DNA of 64,000 bases from Candidatus Pelagibacterales bacterium (GCA_045567365.1 JBJLDC010000002.1:321-64320); one strand, 5' to 3'. Shown: positions 51,758 to 62,669, counted from the first letter of the stretch. The notes: generated by a model from the sequence alone, not told the origin. A program made the numbers and translations.

Positions 51758-52602
51758 TGAATCTTTAATTTTGACAGGTTTTTAACTATAAGTGGAATAT
51801 TATCAACTAAGTCATCAGCAATTAATCCAGGGCCTAATAATTCACCTAGCTGAGAATGGATCCAGGAACCAGCACAAGCTGCATCAAAAGCATTCATTTT
51901 ATTATGACCAACTAATGATGATATTATTCCTGCTAAAACATCACCTGACCCCGCTGTAGCAAGATAAGGAGCTTTAGAAGAGTTGATCACAACTTTACCT
52001 GAAGGGTGAGCAATAACGGTATCCGAACCTTTTAATAAAACAATGCTTCCTGCTTTTTTTGCCCCCTCAACTGTTCTAACCACTTTATCTTCTATGTTAT
52101 TTATTTCATCTCCGAACAATCTTTTAAATTCTCCTTCATGTGGAGTGAGAATCGTATGTGCATATGTATCTATAAATAACTCATCAGGTGAATTTTCAAA
52201 GCTAGTAATGGCATCGGCGTCTATAACTACATGATCACTAAATGCAAGAGCTAACAGAGTCCTAGCTTTTGTTTCATCAGAAATAGTATTTCCAGGTCCA
52301 ATCAAAACTGATGAGATTTTTTTGTCTTTAAGTATTGATTGAAATTCATTTTTATTTTGAATTACAGCGATTAACTCGACGGATATTTGAGGCTCCAAAA
52401 TCTGAGCTGACTCTTTGTCGCAAATGAGTTTTACTGCTCCTGCGCCAACTCGCATGGCAGCTCTTCCTGCAAGCCTAGCGGCACCTGTTTTAAAAACAGG
52501 GCCTGAGTTTATTAATACTAACCCTCTTGAATACTTATGATCAGCATCTCCAGGAAAAGGAAACTGATCAATCCATAAATCGGGAGAGTTTTTTAAAATC
52601 AT
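51754..52602 (-). CDS. nnrD: ADP-dependent NAD(P)H-hydrate dehydratase (YjeF C-terminal domain only)
   Basis: 282 aa with the ATAGSGDVLAGII motif and a carbohydrate-kinase fold pattern. Confidence 0.85.
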   Translation of the reverse strand: MILKNSPDLWIDQFPFPGDADHKYSRGLVLINSGPVFKTGAARLAGRAAMRVGAGAVKLICDKESAQILEPQISVELIAVIQNKNEFQSILKDKKISSVLIGPGNTISDETKARTLLALAFSDHVVIDADAITSFENSPDELFIDTYAHTILTPHEGEFKRLFGDEINNIEDKVVRTVEGAKKAGSIVLLKGSDTVIAHPSGKVVINSSKAPYLATAGSGDVLAGIISSLVGHNKMNAFDAACAGSWIHSQLGELLGPGLIADDLVDNIPLIVKNLSKLKIQ

Positions 52603-52757
52603 GGTATATTTTGACCCAACTTAATAAATTTAATATTTACTTGTTACAAACTTTTTAAGATAATTAAATAAACAATTGATTAATATGGACTATTTAAAAA
52701 TCTATAAATATATAATATTTTATAGAAATATTTGTGTCAATTTGGCATAAGTTCTAA

Positions 52758-52797
52758 ATAGTGCAATGTTTTCTTTGTATCTAATTATAGTGCATTG
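52758..52797 (+). repeat. Direct repeat ATAGTGCA[A/T]TG x2 upstream of glnB (candidate regulator site)
   Basis: Copies lie at 52758-52768 and 52787-52797 (10/11 identical, 29 nt start-to-start), 32 nt upstream of the glnB ATG. Confidence 0.35.
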
Positions 52798-52813
52798 CTC
52801 AATTTTAACGTGA

Positions 52814-53164
<351 letters not shown>

Positions 53165-53186
53165 TTTTATAAGAAAGAAGGCATAC

Positions 53187-54158
53187 ATGAATACATTTGA
53201 ATACATCTGGCTAGATGGTTACCAACCTGAGCCTTTCATGAGAAGCAAAGTAAAAGCAACTGATCAAGGATCAGCACCAGATTGGTCTTTTGATGGCTCA
53301 TCTACAAAACAAGCAGAGGGTGGAAGTTCAGATTGTCTTCTATTACCAGTACAAACATATTCAAATCCAAATGGACATGATTTAGTTATGACTCAAGTTC
53401 AAGCTGCAGATCATACAACTCACCCATCAAATTTTAGAGCTGCTGCTGCTGAAGTTGTCACGGATGAATGGTGGTTTGGTTTTGAGCAAGAATTCTTTTT
53501 TACAGACCCTAAAAATGGTGAGCCTCTCGGTTGGGAATCTGGAACTCCTAGAGAACAGGGAGAATACTATTGTGGAGTTGGAGCAGGTAATGTTGTGGGT
53601 CGTGACATATCAGATGCCCATTTAAAAGCATGTTTAGATGTAGGCATAACTTTAACTGGAACTAATGCAGAGGTAGCGCTTGGTCAATGGGAATATCAGT
53701 GCTTTGGCAAAGGCATTAAAGCAGCTGATGACTTGTGGGTAAGTCGATACCTTTTATTCAAAACTGCTGAAAAATATGGTGTTGGCGTTAACATTCATCC
53801 AAAACCAAAAACTGGTGACTGGAATGGCTCTGGAATGCACACTAATTTTTCTAATGAAGAAATGAGATCAAAAGGCTCTGAAGAGTTATTTTCATCTATG
53901 TGTGAAAAACTAGGAAAGGTTCATGAAGATGGTATCGCAGCATATGGCTCAGATAATGATATGAGACTAACTGGCCTCCATGAAACTCAAAATATCGAGC
54001 AATTTTCTTTTGGAGTTAGCGATAGAGGAGCTAGTATTCGGATACCCGTTTTTACAGTTGAAAATAATTGGAACGGTTATTTAGAAGATAGAAGACCTGC
54101 TTCAAATGCAGATCCATATAAAATACTTACACATATTGTTGGAACTTTAACTAAGTAA
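53187..54158 (+). CDS. glnII: Glutamine synthetase type II (start trimmed to MNTFEYIWLDG...)
   Basis: 323 aa. FEYIWLDGY, FGFEQEFF, GQWEYQ, NGSGMHTNFS and DRRPASNADPY are GSII hallmarks. The ORF-track start (53139) would overlap glnB. Confidence 0.9.
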   Translation: MNTFEYIWLDGYQPEPFMRSKVKATDQGSAPDWSFDGSSTKQAEGGSSDCLLLPVQTYSNPNGHDLVMTQVQAADHTTHPSNFRAAAAEVVTDEWWFGFEQEFFFTDPKNGEPLGWESGTPREQGEYYCGVGAGNVVGRDISDAHLKACLDVGITLTGTNAEVALGQWEYQCFGKGIKAADDLWVSRYLLFKTAEKYGVGVNIHPKPKTGDWNGSGMHTNFSNEEMRSKGSEELFSSMCEKLGKVHEDGIAAYGSDNDMRLTGLHETQNIEQFSFGVSDRGASIRIPVFTVENNWNGYLEDRRPASNADPYKILTHIVGTLTK

Positions 54159-54201
54159 GCTGTAACATTAACTTAGTTAACGTTTTTAAGGGGAGACAAT
54201 A

Positions 54202-55611
54202 ATGACTACTGTGAGTGAAGCATTAAAGGCATTCAGAGATTCTGGCGCCAAATATTTAGATCTAAGATTTACTGATGTTAAAGGTAAATGGCAGCATCTT
54301 ACAATGGATGGAACTGTTGTAGATGAAGATCTATTAAATAATGGTGTATTTTTTGATGGATCATCTATTGCAGGATGGAAAGCGATAAATGAGTCTGATA
54401 TGGTTCTCAAGCCTGACCTTTCAACAACAGTCATGGATCCATTTACAGCTCAGCCGACGATGATGATTTTTTGCGATATACTGGATGCGGTTACAAAAGA
54501 ACCCTATGAAAGAGACCCTCGTGGAACTGCAAAAAAAGCGGAAGAATATGTTAAATCAAGTGGTATGGGTGACACTGTTTACATTGGTCCTGAAGCCGAG
54601 TTTTTTGTTTTTGATGATGTTAAATTTCAAGTAGAAATGAATAAATCTAGCTTTGAAATCGATAGTGCCGAAGGTCCTTACAATAGTGCAAAAAATTATG
54701 AGAGTGGCAACCTTGGTCACAGACCGGGAGTCAAAGGTGGGTATTTTCCTGTTCCCCCAGTTGACAGTGCTCAAGATATAAGAACTGAGTTTCTTGAAGA
54801 ATTAAAAAACTTAGGTCTTAGAATGGAAAAACATCACCATGAAGTTGCTCCAAGTCAACATGAGCTTGGTTTATTGTTTGACACCCTCTTAAAACAAGGA
54901 GATGGGATTCAATTATATAAATATGGTGTACACATGGTCGCTAATTCTTTTGGTAAAACTGCAACATTTATGCCAAAGCCAGTAAAAGGTGATAATGGGT
55001 CTGGTATGCATGTGCATCAATCAATTTGGAAAGATGGAAAACCACTTTTTGCAGGAGATGGATATGCGGGATTATCAGAAACTGCCCTTCATTATATTGG
55101 AGGTATAATTAAACATGGTAAGGCACTTAACGCTTTTACAAACCCAAGTACTAATAGTTATAAGCGTCTTATTCCTGGATTTGAAGCCCCTGTGATACTG
55201 GTTTATTCAGCAAGAAACAGATCGGCTTCGTGCAGAATACCCGTATCTGATAGCCCTAAAGGAAAAAGAGTTGAAGTAAGATTTCCTGATCCAACTGCAA
55301 ATCCATACTTGGCATTTGCTGCAATGCTTATGGCAGGAATGGATGGAATAAAAAATAAAATTCATCCTGGAGATGCAAGTGATCAAGATCTTTACGAGCT
55401 CTCAGATAGTGAAGTTGCAAAGTTACCAACTGTTTGTGGCTCTTTAAGGGAAGCTTTAGAGGCAGTTGATCAAGATAGAGCATTTTTAACTGAAGGTGGT
55501 GTTTTTACTGATGATCAAATTGACGGTTACATAGATCTTAAAATGCAGGAAGTATATGATTTAGAACACTCGCCTCACCCTGTAGAATTCAAGAACTACT
55601 TCAGTGTATAG
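54202..55611 (+). CDS. glnA: Glutamine synthetase type I
   Basis: 469 aa ([26 protein letters not shown]). A Tyr lies in the DLYEL context, corresponding to the adenylylation site. Strong AAGGGGAG Shine-Dalgarno. Confidence 0.96.
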   Translation: MTTVSEALKAFRDSGAKYLDLRFTDVKGKWQHLTMDGTVVDEDLLNNGVFFDGSSIAGWKAINESDMVLKPDLSTTVMDPFTAQPTMMIFCDILDAVTKEPYERDPRGTAKKAEEYVKSSGMGDTVYIGPEAEFFVFDDVKFQVEMNKSSFEIDSAEGPYNSAKNYESGNLGHRPGVKGGYFPVPPVDSAQDIRTEFLEELKNLGLRMEKHHHEVAPSQHELGLLFDTLLKQGDGIQLYKYGVHMVANSFGKTATFMPKPVKGDNGSGMHVHQSIWKDGKPLFAGDGYAGLSETALHYIGGIIKHGKALNAFTNPSTNSYKRLIPGFEAPVILVYSARNRSASCRIPVSDSPKGKRVEVRFPDPTANPYLAFAAMLMAGMDGIKNKIHPGDASDQDLYELSDSEVAKLPTVCGSLREALEAVDQDRAFLTEGGVFTDDQIDGYIDLKMQEVYDLEHSPHPVEFKNYFSV

Positions 55612-55646
55612 CTCTCAAGACTTTTTCGATATGGAGGCTTATATTT

Positions 55647-56231
55647 ATGAAAACAATTGATTTCTGGTTTTCAATTGGTAGCACTTATACCTACCTTTCT
55701 GTGAGTAGGATCTCAAAAATTGAAGATGAAAATCAAGTTTCTTTTGTATGGAACCCTTTTAGTGTTCGAAAATTAATGATGGAAATGAATAATATTCCAT
55801 TCACTCCTCCTGAAAAAAAAGTTAAATCAGATTACATGTGGAGAGATATCTCGCGAAGAGCAAAAAATTATAAATTAAGTCCCAAAATACCGGCTCCATA
55901 CCCTCTCAAGAATTTTGATTTAGCAAATCAAATTGCTGTGCATGGTATTAATGAAGGATGGTGCGAAGAGTATGTAAGATTAACTTACAAGTATTGGTTT
56001 GAAAGTGGGATTGAGGCTGGATCAGAAGAGTGTATTGATAAAGTTTCAAAAGATATGAATTTTAATCCTAACGATCTAATAAAAAATTCAAGCGCGAATA
56101 CTATTATTGAAAAATATGATGCTCAAACTGACAAGGCTCGAGAGCTTGGGATATTTGGTTCCCCCAGCTTTATATCAAATGGTGAGATATTTTGGGGTGA
56201 CGATAGATTAGAAGATGCTATAAACTGGTAG
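55647..56231 (+). CDS. DsbA-like thioredoxin-fold protein, 2-hydroxychromene-2-carboxylate isomerase family
   Basis: 194 aa. The N-terminal IDFWFSIGSTYTY (no CxxC) and C-terminal GIFGSPSFISNGEIFWGDDRLEDA are typical of the HCCA isomerase/GST-kappa-like family. Confidence 0.75.
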   Translation: MKTIDFWFSIGSTYTYLSVSRISKIEDENQVSFVWNPFSVRKLMMEMNNIPFTPPEKKVKSDYMWRDISRRAKNYKLSPKIPAPYPLKNFDLANQIAVHGINEGWCEEYVRLTYKYWFESGIEAGSEECIDKVSKDMNFNPNDLIKNSSANTIIEKYDAQTDKARELGIFGSPSFISNGEIFWGDDRLEDAINW

Positions 56232-56232
56232 T

Positions 56233-57408
56233 ATGGAATTAACATCTCAACATGAAGAGCTAAAAAGGTCAGCAATAAAGTTTGTTGATACTGAAATTAA
56301 CCCTTATGTAGATCAGTGGGAAGAAGACGAAATCTTTCCAGCTCATGAAGTTTTTAAAAAATTAGGTGACAATGGATTTTTAGGAGTAACAAAACCAGAA
56401 AAATACGGTGGATCAGGTCTTGATTACTCTTACGGCGCAGTTCTTAATGAAGCATTGGCAAGTATAAAGTGTGGAGGTGTACCAATGGCAATTGGTGTTC
56501 AGACTGACATGTCCACTCCTGCTCTAGCAAGGTTTGGATCTGAATATGTCTGTGAAAATTTTCTACGGCCATCTATTTCAGGAGATTTTGTATCATGTAT
56601 TGGTGTGTCTGAACCACATGCAGGCTCTGATGTCGCAGCAATAAAAACATCCGCTGTAAAAGATGGTGATGATTATATTATAAATGGATCAAAAATGTGG
56701 ATTACTAGTGGAACTCAGGCTGACTGGATGTGCATGTTAGCAAATACTGGAAGTTCTTCAGAAAATCGCCATCTAAATAAATCTTTAATATGTGTTCCGC
56801 TTAGAGAAAATGGCGAAAGAGTTAAAGGCGTAACAATTAATCGAAAATTAAAAAAGATGGGAATGCATTCTTCAGATACTGCAGAAATTTTTTTTGAAGA
56901 TGTTCGCGTACCTACTAAAAATCTTATTGGCGAGGAAGGTAAGGGTTTTATTTATCAAATGATGCAATTCCAAGAAGAAAGGCTTTATGCGGCTATTGGA
57001 AATTACTCTGGTTGTGAAAATATTATCAATGAAACAATTGAATATACTCGTCAGCGTAAAACTTTTGGTAAACCAATAATAGATAATCAGATTGTTCACT
57101 TTAGACTGTCAGAATTAATGACTGAAGTTGAAGCACTAAAGGCCCTTACATGGAAAGGAATTGAGATTCATGTTAATGGAGGCGACTGTACCAAACTAGC
57201 ATCTATGTCAAAGCTGAAATCTACTAGATTAGCAAGGGAAGTTAATGATGCTTGCCTTCAATACTGGGGTGGCATGGGCTTTATGGATGAAACTCCAGTA
57301 TCAAGAGCTTATCGAGATCAACGATTAGGTTCAATTGGTGGTGGCTCAGATGAAGTTATGCTTGGGATTATTTCGAAGTATTTAGATATTTTACCAGGCA
57401 AAAACTAA
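56233..57408 (+). CDS. Acyl-CoA dehydrogenase
   Basis: 391 aa (GVSEPHAGSDVAA, MWITSG, C-terminal GGSDEVM). Substrate not assignable. Confidence 0.88.
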   Translation: MELTSQHEELKRSAIKFVDTEINPYVDQWEEDEIFPAHEVFKKLGDNGFLGVTKPEKYGGSGLDYSYGAVLNEALASIKCGGVPMAIGVQTDMSTPALARFGSEYVCENFLRPSISGDFVSCIGVSEPHAGSDVAAIKTSAVKDGDDYIINGSKMWITSGTQADWMCMLANTGSSSENRHLNKSLICVPLRENGERVKGVTINRKLKKMGMHSSDTAEIFFEDVRVPTKNLIGEEGKGFIYQMMQFQEERLYAAIGNYSGCENIINETIEYTRQRKTFGKPIIDNQIVHFRLSELMTEVEALKALTWKGIEIHVNGGDCTKLASMSKLKSTRLAREVNDACLQYWGGMGFMDETPVSRAYRDQRLGSIGGGSDEVMLGIISKYLDILPGKN

Positions 57409-57410
57409 AA

Positions 57411-59030
57411 CTACATTCGTCCAACGCCAAATGAATTTGGACGTAAATCTCTTTTTTCAGAATCGCAAACGATATTCAAGCACTCGCCCAAAATTTTCCT
57501 CGTATCTCTTGGATCAATTATACCATCATCCCAGATTCTTGCAGTTGCAAATAAGGCTTCGCCTTCTGCTTTGTATGTGTCAATTATTTTTTGTTCGATT
57601 GCCTTAATCATTTCCATATTAGGCTCTTCTCCTCTTCTCTTAGCAGACTCAACTGCAACTTGTGACATGGTTCTTCCAGCTTGCTCACCACCCATTACAC
57701 TTAATTTATTATTAGGCCATGAAAACAAAAATCTGGGGTCAAATGATCTACCGGCCATACCATATTCACCCGCTCCAAATGATGCGCCAATTCTTAATGT
57801 AATTTTTGGAACTGTACAATTTGTAACAGCTTGAATCATTTTCGATCCATGCTTGATAATTCCTCTTCTCTCTTCTTTTGTTCCAACCATATACCCAGTT
57901 GTATTTTGTAAAAAAATAAGAGGTGTATTATGTTTTGAGCACAATTGAATAAATTGAGCTGCCTTAACAGCGCCATCAGCAAAAATTGGTCCATTGTTTG
58001 CAACAATCCCAACTTTATAACCATGAATTCGTGCTGTACCTGTAACAGTTTGTTTTCCAAACTCGGGTTTAAAATCTAAATATTCTGAGCCATCAACTAT
58101 ACGAGCAATGACTTCGTGAACATCATAAGGTTTTTTATAATCTGTAGGCACGACACCGATCAGTTCATTGGGGGAATAAATAGGCTCACTATAATTCTCA
58201 TTTTTAGTTGACGTAAATTCATCGTTCCACCCTAAGTTTTTAACAACCTCTCTACATTTTTTTATTGCTTCAGCATCATCGTCGGCTATGTATTCTGCCA
58301 AACCAGATACCGTATAATGCATCTCTGCTCCTCCAAGTTCTTCATCAGTAGCAATTTCACCCAATGCTGCCTTTAACAATGGTGGGCCCGCTAAAAATAT
58401 TTTAGATCTATTTTTAACTACAATGACTTGATCGGATAATCCAGGAGTGTATGCTCCGCCAGCAGTAGAATTGCCATGAACTACTGCAATTGTAGGTATA
58501 CCCATAGCAGACATTTTAGCTAAGTTTGCAAAACTACGTCCACCCGGTAAAAAAACTTCCGATTGCCTAAAGAGATTTGCTCCCGCGCTTTCGACAAGAC
58601 TAATTAATGGAAGCTTATTTTCTTTTATGATTTCAGCTCCTCGAAGTGCTTTAACAACACCCATTTCTGTCATGCTTCCACCCTTAATCCCAGAGTCTGA
58701 GGCACTGACCATACATCTTACTCCCGATACATATCCTATTCCACTAATACCTCCACCTCCTGAAATATTCTTATCTCCATCATCATCTCCCATTTTATAT
58801 CCAGCAAGAGTAGAAAGAGGAATGAAATAGCTATCAGGGTCTAGAAGAGCTGCAAGCCTTTCTCTTGGAAGAAGCTGGCCCCTCTTTTCAAATTTTGGCT
58901 TAGCTCTCTCAGAATTATCAGCGATTTTTTTTTCTAATGATCTAAATTCATTGATTAATTCTATATGATCTGCTTCATTCTTTTTAAAAGAATTAGAGTT
59001 TATCATTATTTTTGATTCAATAACGGGCAT
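57411..59030 (-). CDS. Acyl-CoA carboxylase carboxyltransferase (beta) subunit, methylcrotonyl-/propionyl-CoA carboxylase type (start trimmed to MPVIES...)
   Basis: About 540 aa (RGQLLPRERLAALLDP, two crotonase-like CT domains). The ORF-track start is a GTG 15 codons further upstream. Confidence 0.85.
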   Translation of the reverse strand: MPVIESKIMINSNSFKKNEADHIELINEFRSLEKKIADNSERAKPKFEKRGQLLPRERLAALLDPDSYFIPLSTLAGYKMGDDDGDKNISGGGGISGIGYVSGVRCMVSASDSGIKGGSMTEMGVVKALRGAEIIKENKLPLISLVESAGANLFRQSEVFLPGGRSFANLAKMSAMGIPTIAVVHGNSTAGGAYTPGLSDQVIVVKNRSKIFLAGPPLLKAALGEIATDEELGGAEMHYTVSGLAEYIADDDAEAIKKCREVVKNLGWNDEFTSTKNENYSEPIYSPNELIGVVPTDYKKPYDVHEVIARIVDGSEYLDFKPEFGKQTVTGTARIHGYKVGIVANNGPIFADGAVKAAQFIQLCSKHNTPLIFLQNTTGYMVGTKEERRGIIKHGSKMIQAVTNCTVPKITLRIGASFGAGEYGMAGRSFDPRFLFSWPNNKLSVMGGEQAGRTMSQVAVESAKRRGEEPNMEMIKAIEQKIIDTYKAEGEALFATARIWDDGIIDPRDTRKILGECLNIVCDSEKRDLRPNSFGVGRM

Positions 59031-59108
59031 AAATAATCCAAAAAAATATTTCGATAGACTAATAAAATATACCACAATGTAAAGAATCTAATAATATCAA
59101 TACTATTA

Positions 59109-61091
59109 ATGGTCAAAAAAACAAAAAAAAGAGCTAAGTTAGCAAAAAAAACAACTAAAGCTAAGAATACAAATTATACCGCTAAAGACATAGAAGTTCT
59201 TGAGGGGCTTGAACCTGTTCGTAAAAGACCAGGGATGTATATTGGTGGAACAGATGTGCACGCCATGCATCATTTAGTAAGCGAGGTCCTTGATAATTCT
59301 ATGGATGAAGTAGTTTCAGGTCATGCAAATAAAGTTAATATTAATTTAATTGATAGCACAACAATTGAAATTTCTGATAATGGTCGAGGTATACCAGTTG
59401 ATAAGCATCCAAAGTTTAAGCTTCCAGCCGTAGAGGTAATTCTCACAACACTACACTCTGGTGGAAAATTTTCTAATAAAAACTATCAAACTTCAGGTGG
59501 ATTGCATGGCGTTGGTGTTTCAGTTGTTAACGCCTTATCAAAAAAACTAGACCTTGAAATTGCGAGAGATAAAAAATTTTATACCCAAACTTACTCAAGG
59601 GGGGTTAAAAAAAATAAACTTAAAACTATTTCACGTGGAAGTATTAAAAAAGGTACAAAAATAAAATTTACTCCTGATGATGAAATTTTTGGAAAAGAAA
59701 ATTTTGACTCATCCATTATTTATAATATGGCAAAGGCAAAGGCCTATTTAATCCCAAATGTTGAGATTAATTGGTCTTGTCCAAAAAATTTAGTTAAAAA
59801 AAATATACCAACGCAGGACAGGCTTCATTATGCAAAAGGGATTCATGATTACTTATCTGCGTTAATAGATCCAAATGAACCTATATTTGACGAAGAATTC
59901 TACTTTAAGACCACTATTAACGAAGAAGGAAATAGTATCGAAGGAATTATAAATTGGTTTGACGCAATAGAACCAATTAATCAGTCATATTGCAACACAA
60001 TACAAACTCCTTTAGGTGGAACTCATGAAAATGGTTTTAAAAATGGGATGTTCAAAGCATTTAAAGATTATTCAAAAATAAAATTTGAGAGAAAAGCATC
60101 TCAAATTACGCAAGATGATATCTTTGGATCCTCAGCTTCTATATTATCAATATTTATTGAAAACCCTGAATTTCAGGGGCAAACAAAAGAAAAGCTCTCC
60201 AGTATTGAGCCAGGTAGAAAGATTGAATTAAAAATTAAACAACTATTTGAACAATGGTTGGCAAAAAAAACAAAATCAGCTGAACAATTATTCTATTATG
60301 CCTTCAATAGATCTCAAATCAGACTTCAAAATAAATCAGAACTTGCAATTGAACGACAAGTAAAAAGAAAAAAAATTACACTACCCGGCAAACTTGCTGA
60401 TTGCACTATAAGTGGAAATAAAGGTACTGAACTTTTTTTGGTTGAAGGTGACTCAGCTGGTGGATCAGCAAAGCAGGCAAGAGATAGGCAGACACAGGCT
60501 ATACTTCCCTTAAGAGGCAAGATACTCAATGTAATAAGTGCATCGAGAGATAAAATAAATGCTAACCAAGAAATTGTTGATCTTATACAAGCCCTTGGCT
60601 GTAAAAGAGGTGACAACTATAACTCTAAAGATATTAGATATGAAAAAATAATTATTATGACAGATGCTGATGTAGATGGAGCTCATATCGCTACTCTTCT
60701 GATGGGATTTTTCTATAATGAATTTCCTAAATTAATTGATGATGGCCAACTTTATTTGTCTGTTCCTCCTCTATTTAAAATATCTAAAGGTGGTAAGATC
60801 TTTTACGCAGTAAGCGAAAGACATAAAGATGATATAGTAAAAAAAGAATTTAAAAATTCTGAAAATATTGAAATTAATCGATTTAAGGGTCTAGGTGAAA
60901 TGATGCCAGCTCAATTAAAGGAAACAACAATGTCTCCTGAAAATAGAACTTTGCTTAAAGTTCAAATTGCCTCAAAAGATAAGAAAAAAACTAAAAAATC
61001 TGTAGATGCCTTGATGGGAAAAAAACCAGAACTGAGATTTAAGTTTATAACTGAAAACTCAAAAAAAGTTTCTGCAGAAAATATCCTTTAA
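59109..61091 (+). CDS. parE: DNA topoisomerase IV subunit B
   Basis: 660 aa with the GHKL ATPase (LEPVRKRPGMYIGG, EVLDNSMDE), the Toprim EGDSAGG and the PLRGKILNV motif. The length fits ParE rather than the ~800-aa GyrB. Confidence 0.85.
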   Translation: MVKKTKKRAKLAKKTTKAKNTNYTAKDIEVLEGLEPVRKRPGMYIGGTDVHAMHHLVSEVLDNSMDEVVSGHANKVNINLIDSTTIEISDNGRGIPVDKHPKFKLPAVEVILTTLHSGGKFSNKNYQTSGGLHGVGVSVVNALSKKLDLEIARDKKFYTQTYSRGVKKNKLKTISRGSIKKGTKIKFTPDDEIFGKENFDSSIIYNMAKAKAYLIPNVEINWSCPKNLVKKNIPTQDRLHYAKGIHDYLSALIDPNEPIFDEEFYFKTTINEEGNSIEGIINWFDAIEPINQSYCNTIQTPLGGTHENGFKNGMFKAFKDYSKIKFERKASQITQDDIFGSSASILSIFIENPEFQGQTKEKLSSIEPGRKIELKIKQLFEQWLAKKTKSAEQLFYYAFNRSQIRLQNKSELAIERQVKRKKITLPGKLADCTISGNKGTELFLVEGDSAGGSAKQARDRQTQAILPLRGKILNVISASRDKINANQEIVDLIQALGCKRGDNYNSKDIRYEKIIIMTDADVDGAHIATLLMGFFYNEFPKLIDDGQLYLSVPPLFKISKGGKIFYAVSERHKDDIVKKEFKNSENIEINRFKGLGEMMPAQLKETTMSPENRTLLKVQIASKDKKKTKKSVDALMGKKPELRFKFITENSKKVSAENIL

Positions 61092-62545
61092 GCTAAATTC
61101 TTTATATTTTTTTCTGTTTTTTCACTATAAGGAGCTGAAACCATTTTTCCGGCATTAATTAAATTTTGTCCTTTTAATACTGCTCTTTTATGACTGAAAT
61201 TGCGATACCCATCATGACCATGGTATGACCCTGAGCCACTTGGACCAACTCCTCCGAATGGAAGGTCATGCATTGAAAATTGAAAAAGAACATCGTTAGT
61301 CACAAGCTGTCCTGATGTAGTTTTATTTAGAAGATCATCTACTTCTTTTGCATCATCACCAAAATAATAAAGAGCAAGTGCCTTAGGGTTATGATTTACA
61401 TATTTAATAGTTTCATCAAAATTTTTATACGACATAACAGGCAAGATAGGTCCAAAAATTTCATTCTTCATGACCTCCATATCATCAGTTGGATTGAGAA
61501 TTAAAGTTGGAGGAATTTTATGATGCTCTTGTTGTGCAAGATCTTCATTAGCAGGATTAATTTCTACAATTTCTGCTCCTTTAGATTTTGCATCCGAAAT
61601 ATATGATCTCAATCTTTCATAATGATTCAAATGAATGATTGAAGTATAATCAGGATTATTCTTCAGAGTTTCGTAGGACTCTTGTACATATGACTTAGCG
61701 TGCTCAACAAACTCATTCTCTTTTCCTTCAGGAAGAAATACATAATCAGGTGAAATACATATCTGGCCAGCATTTAGCAATTTACCCATCATAATTTTAT
61801 CAACACTTTTCTTCATTTTAGCTTTAGGGCCAACAATAACAGGTGACTTTCCACCAAGTTCGAGTGTAAGTGGAACTAAATTTTCAGAAGCTTCATAGGC
61901 AATTTTTTTTGCTACATGAGTTGACCCAGTAAATAATAAATGATCAAAAGCAAGGCCGGCAAAAGACTGAGATGTTTGAGGTCCACCATTGATCACGACC
62001 ACTTCATCTTCTCTAAAGTATTGTTTAACTAATTTTTCAGTCAAATCAGATGTTTCAGGAACAAACTCTGATAATTTCATCATTGAGTTATTTCCAGCAG
62101 CAAACACTTCAACTAATGGACCTAAACTCAAATTTAGTGGGAAGTTCCATGGTGAGATAATCCCTACTACTCCGTAAGGTTGATTATGAATAAACGCTTT
62201 GGCACCTAGTAATCCTAGAGGAAAATTAGGTTTTCTTTTTTCAGGCTTCATCCATTTACTTAAATTTTTTGAAACATGTTTTGCACTAGCAATGATAGGC
62301 AAAGTATCTGACAGTAAGCTTAATTGCTCATGCCTTGTTCCAAAATCATTCTGTAAAGCTTTGTGGAAGTCTTCTGAGTTTTCCTCAACGAGAAGTTTTA
62401 ATCTATTTATCCTATCTATTCTCTCTTTATAATCAGGATAGTCACCATTTTGGAATCTGTTTTTGAGACTATTGAGAATTTTCTCTAATTCGTCCTTAGA
62501 AACTTCAGGATAATCTGATGCTACACTTACTCCACCTAAACCCAT
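61088..62545 (-). CDS. NAD(P)-dependent aldehyde dehydrogenase (ALDH3/coniferyl-aldehyde dehydrogenase-like)
   Basis: 485 aa with the catalytic motifs ELGGKSP and GQICISPDY. Confidence 0.88.
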   Translation of the reverse strand: MGLGGVSVASDYPEVSKDELEKILNSLKNRFQNGDYPDYKERIDRINRLKLLVEENSEDFHKALQNDFGTRHEQLSLLSDTLPIIASAKHVSKNLSKWMKPEKRKPNFPLGLLGAKAFIHNQPYGVVGIISPWNFPLNLSLGPLVEVFAAGNNSMMKLSEFVPETSDLTEKLVKQYFREDEVVVINGGPQTSQSFAGLAFDHLLFTGSTHVAKKIAYEASENLVPLTLELGGKSPVIVGPKAKMKKSVDKIMMGKLLNAGQICISPDYVFLPEGKENEFVEHAKSYVQESYETLKNNPDYTSIIHLNHYERLRSYISDAKSKGAEIVEINPANEDLAQQEHHKIPPTLILNPTDDMEVMKNEIFGPILPVMSYKNFDETIKYVNHNPKALALYYFGDDAKEVDDLLNKTTSGQLVTNDVLFQFSMHDLPFGGVGPSGSGSYHGHDGYRNFSHKRAVLKGQNLINAGKMVSAPYSEKTEKNIKNLA

Positions 62546-62609
62546 ATGTTTACCTCTTTAAATTATTTAGATCGTATAGAAATTATAAGTATAATTCAAT
62601 TAGAATATA

Positions 62610-62637
62610 TTGACACTTAATATGTCGACATTATGAT
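62610..62637 (+). promoter_or_regulatory. Candidate sigma-70 promoter for the enoyl-CoA hydratase gene, with an embedded perfect palindrome
   Basis: TTGACA (62610-62615), 16 nt spacer, TATGAT (62632-62637), 32 nt before the ATG. The spacer contains the perfect 10-bp palindrome ATGTCGACAT (62622-62631). Confidence 0.5.
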
Positions 62638-62669
62638 CTTACTAATCTTTTATTATAATTTTTTTATTT

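Noticed and set aside
52741-52760. TGGCAT at 52743-52748 as a possible sigma-54 -24 element upstream of glnB
   Set aside because: The required -12 TTGC element is absent at the correct spacing; the sequence reads TGGCAT-AAGTT-CTAAA.
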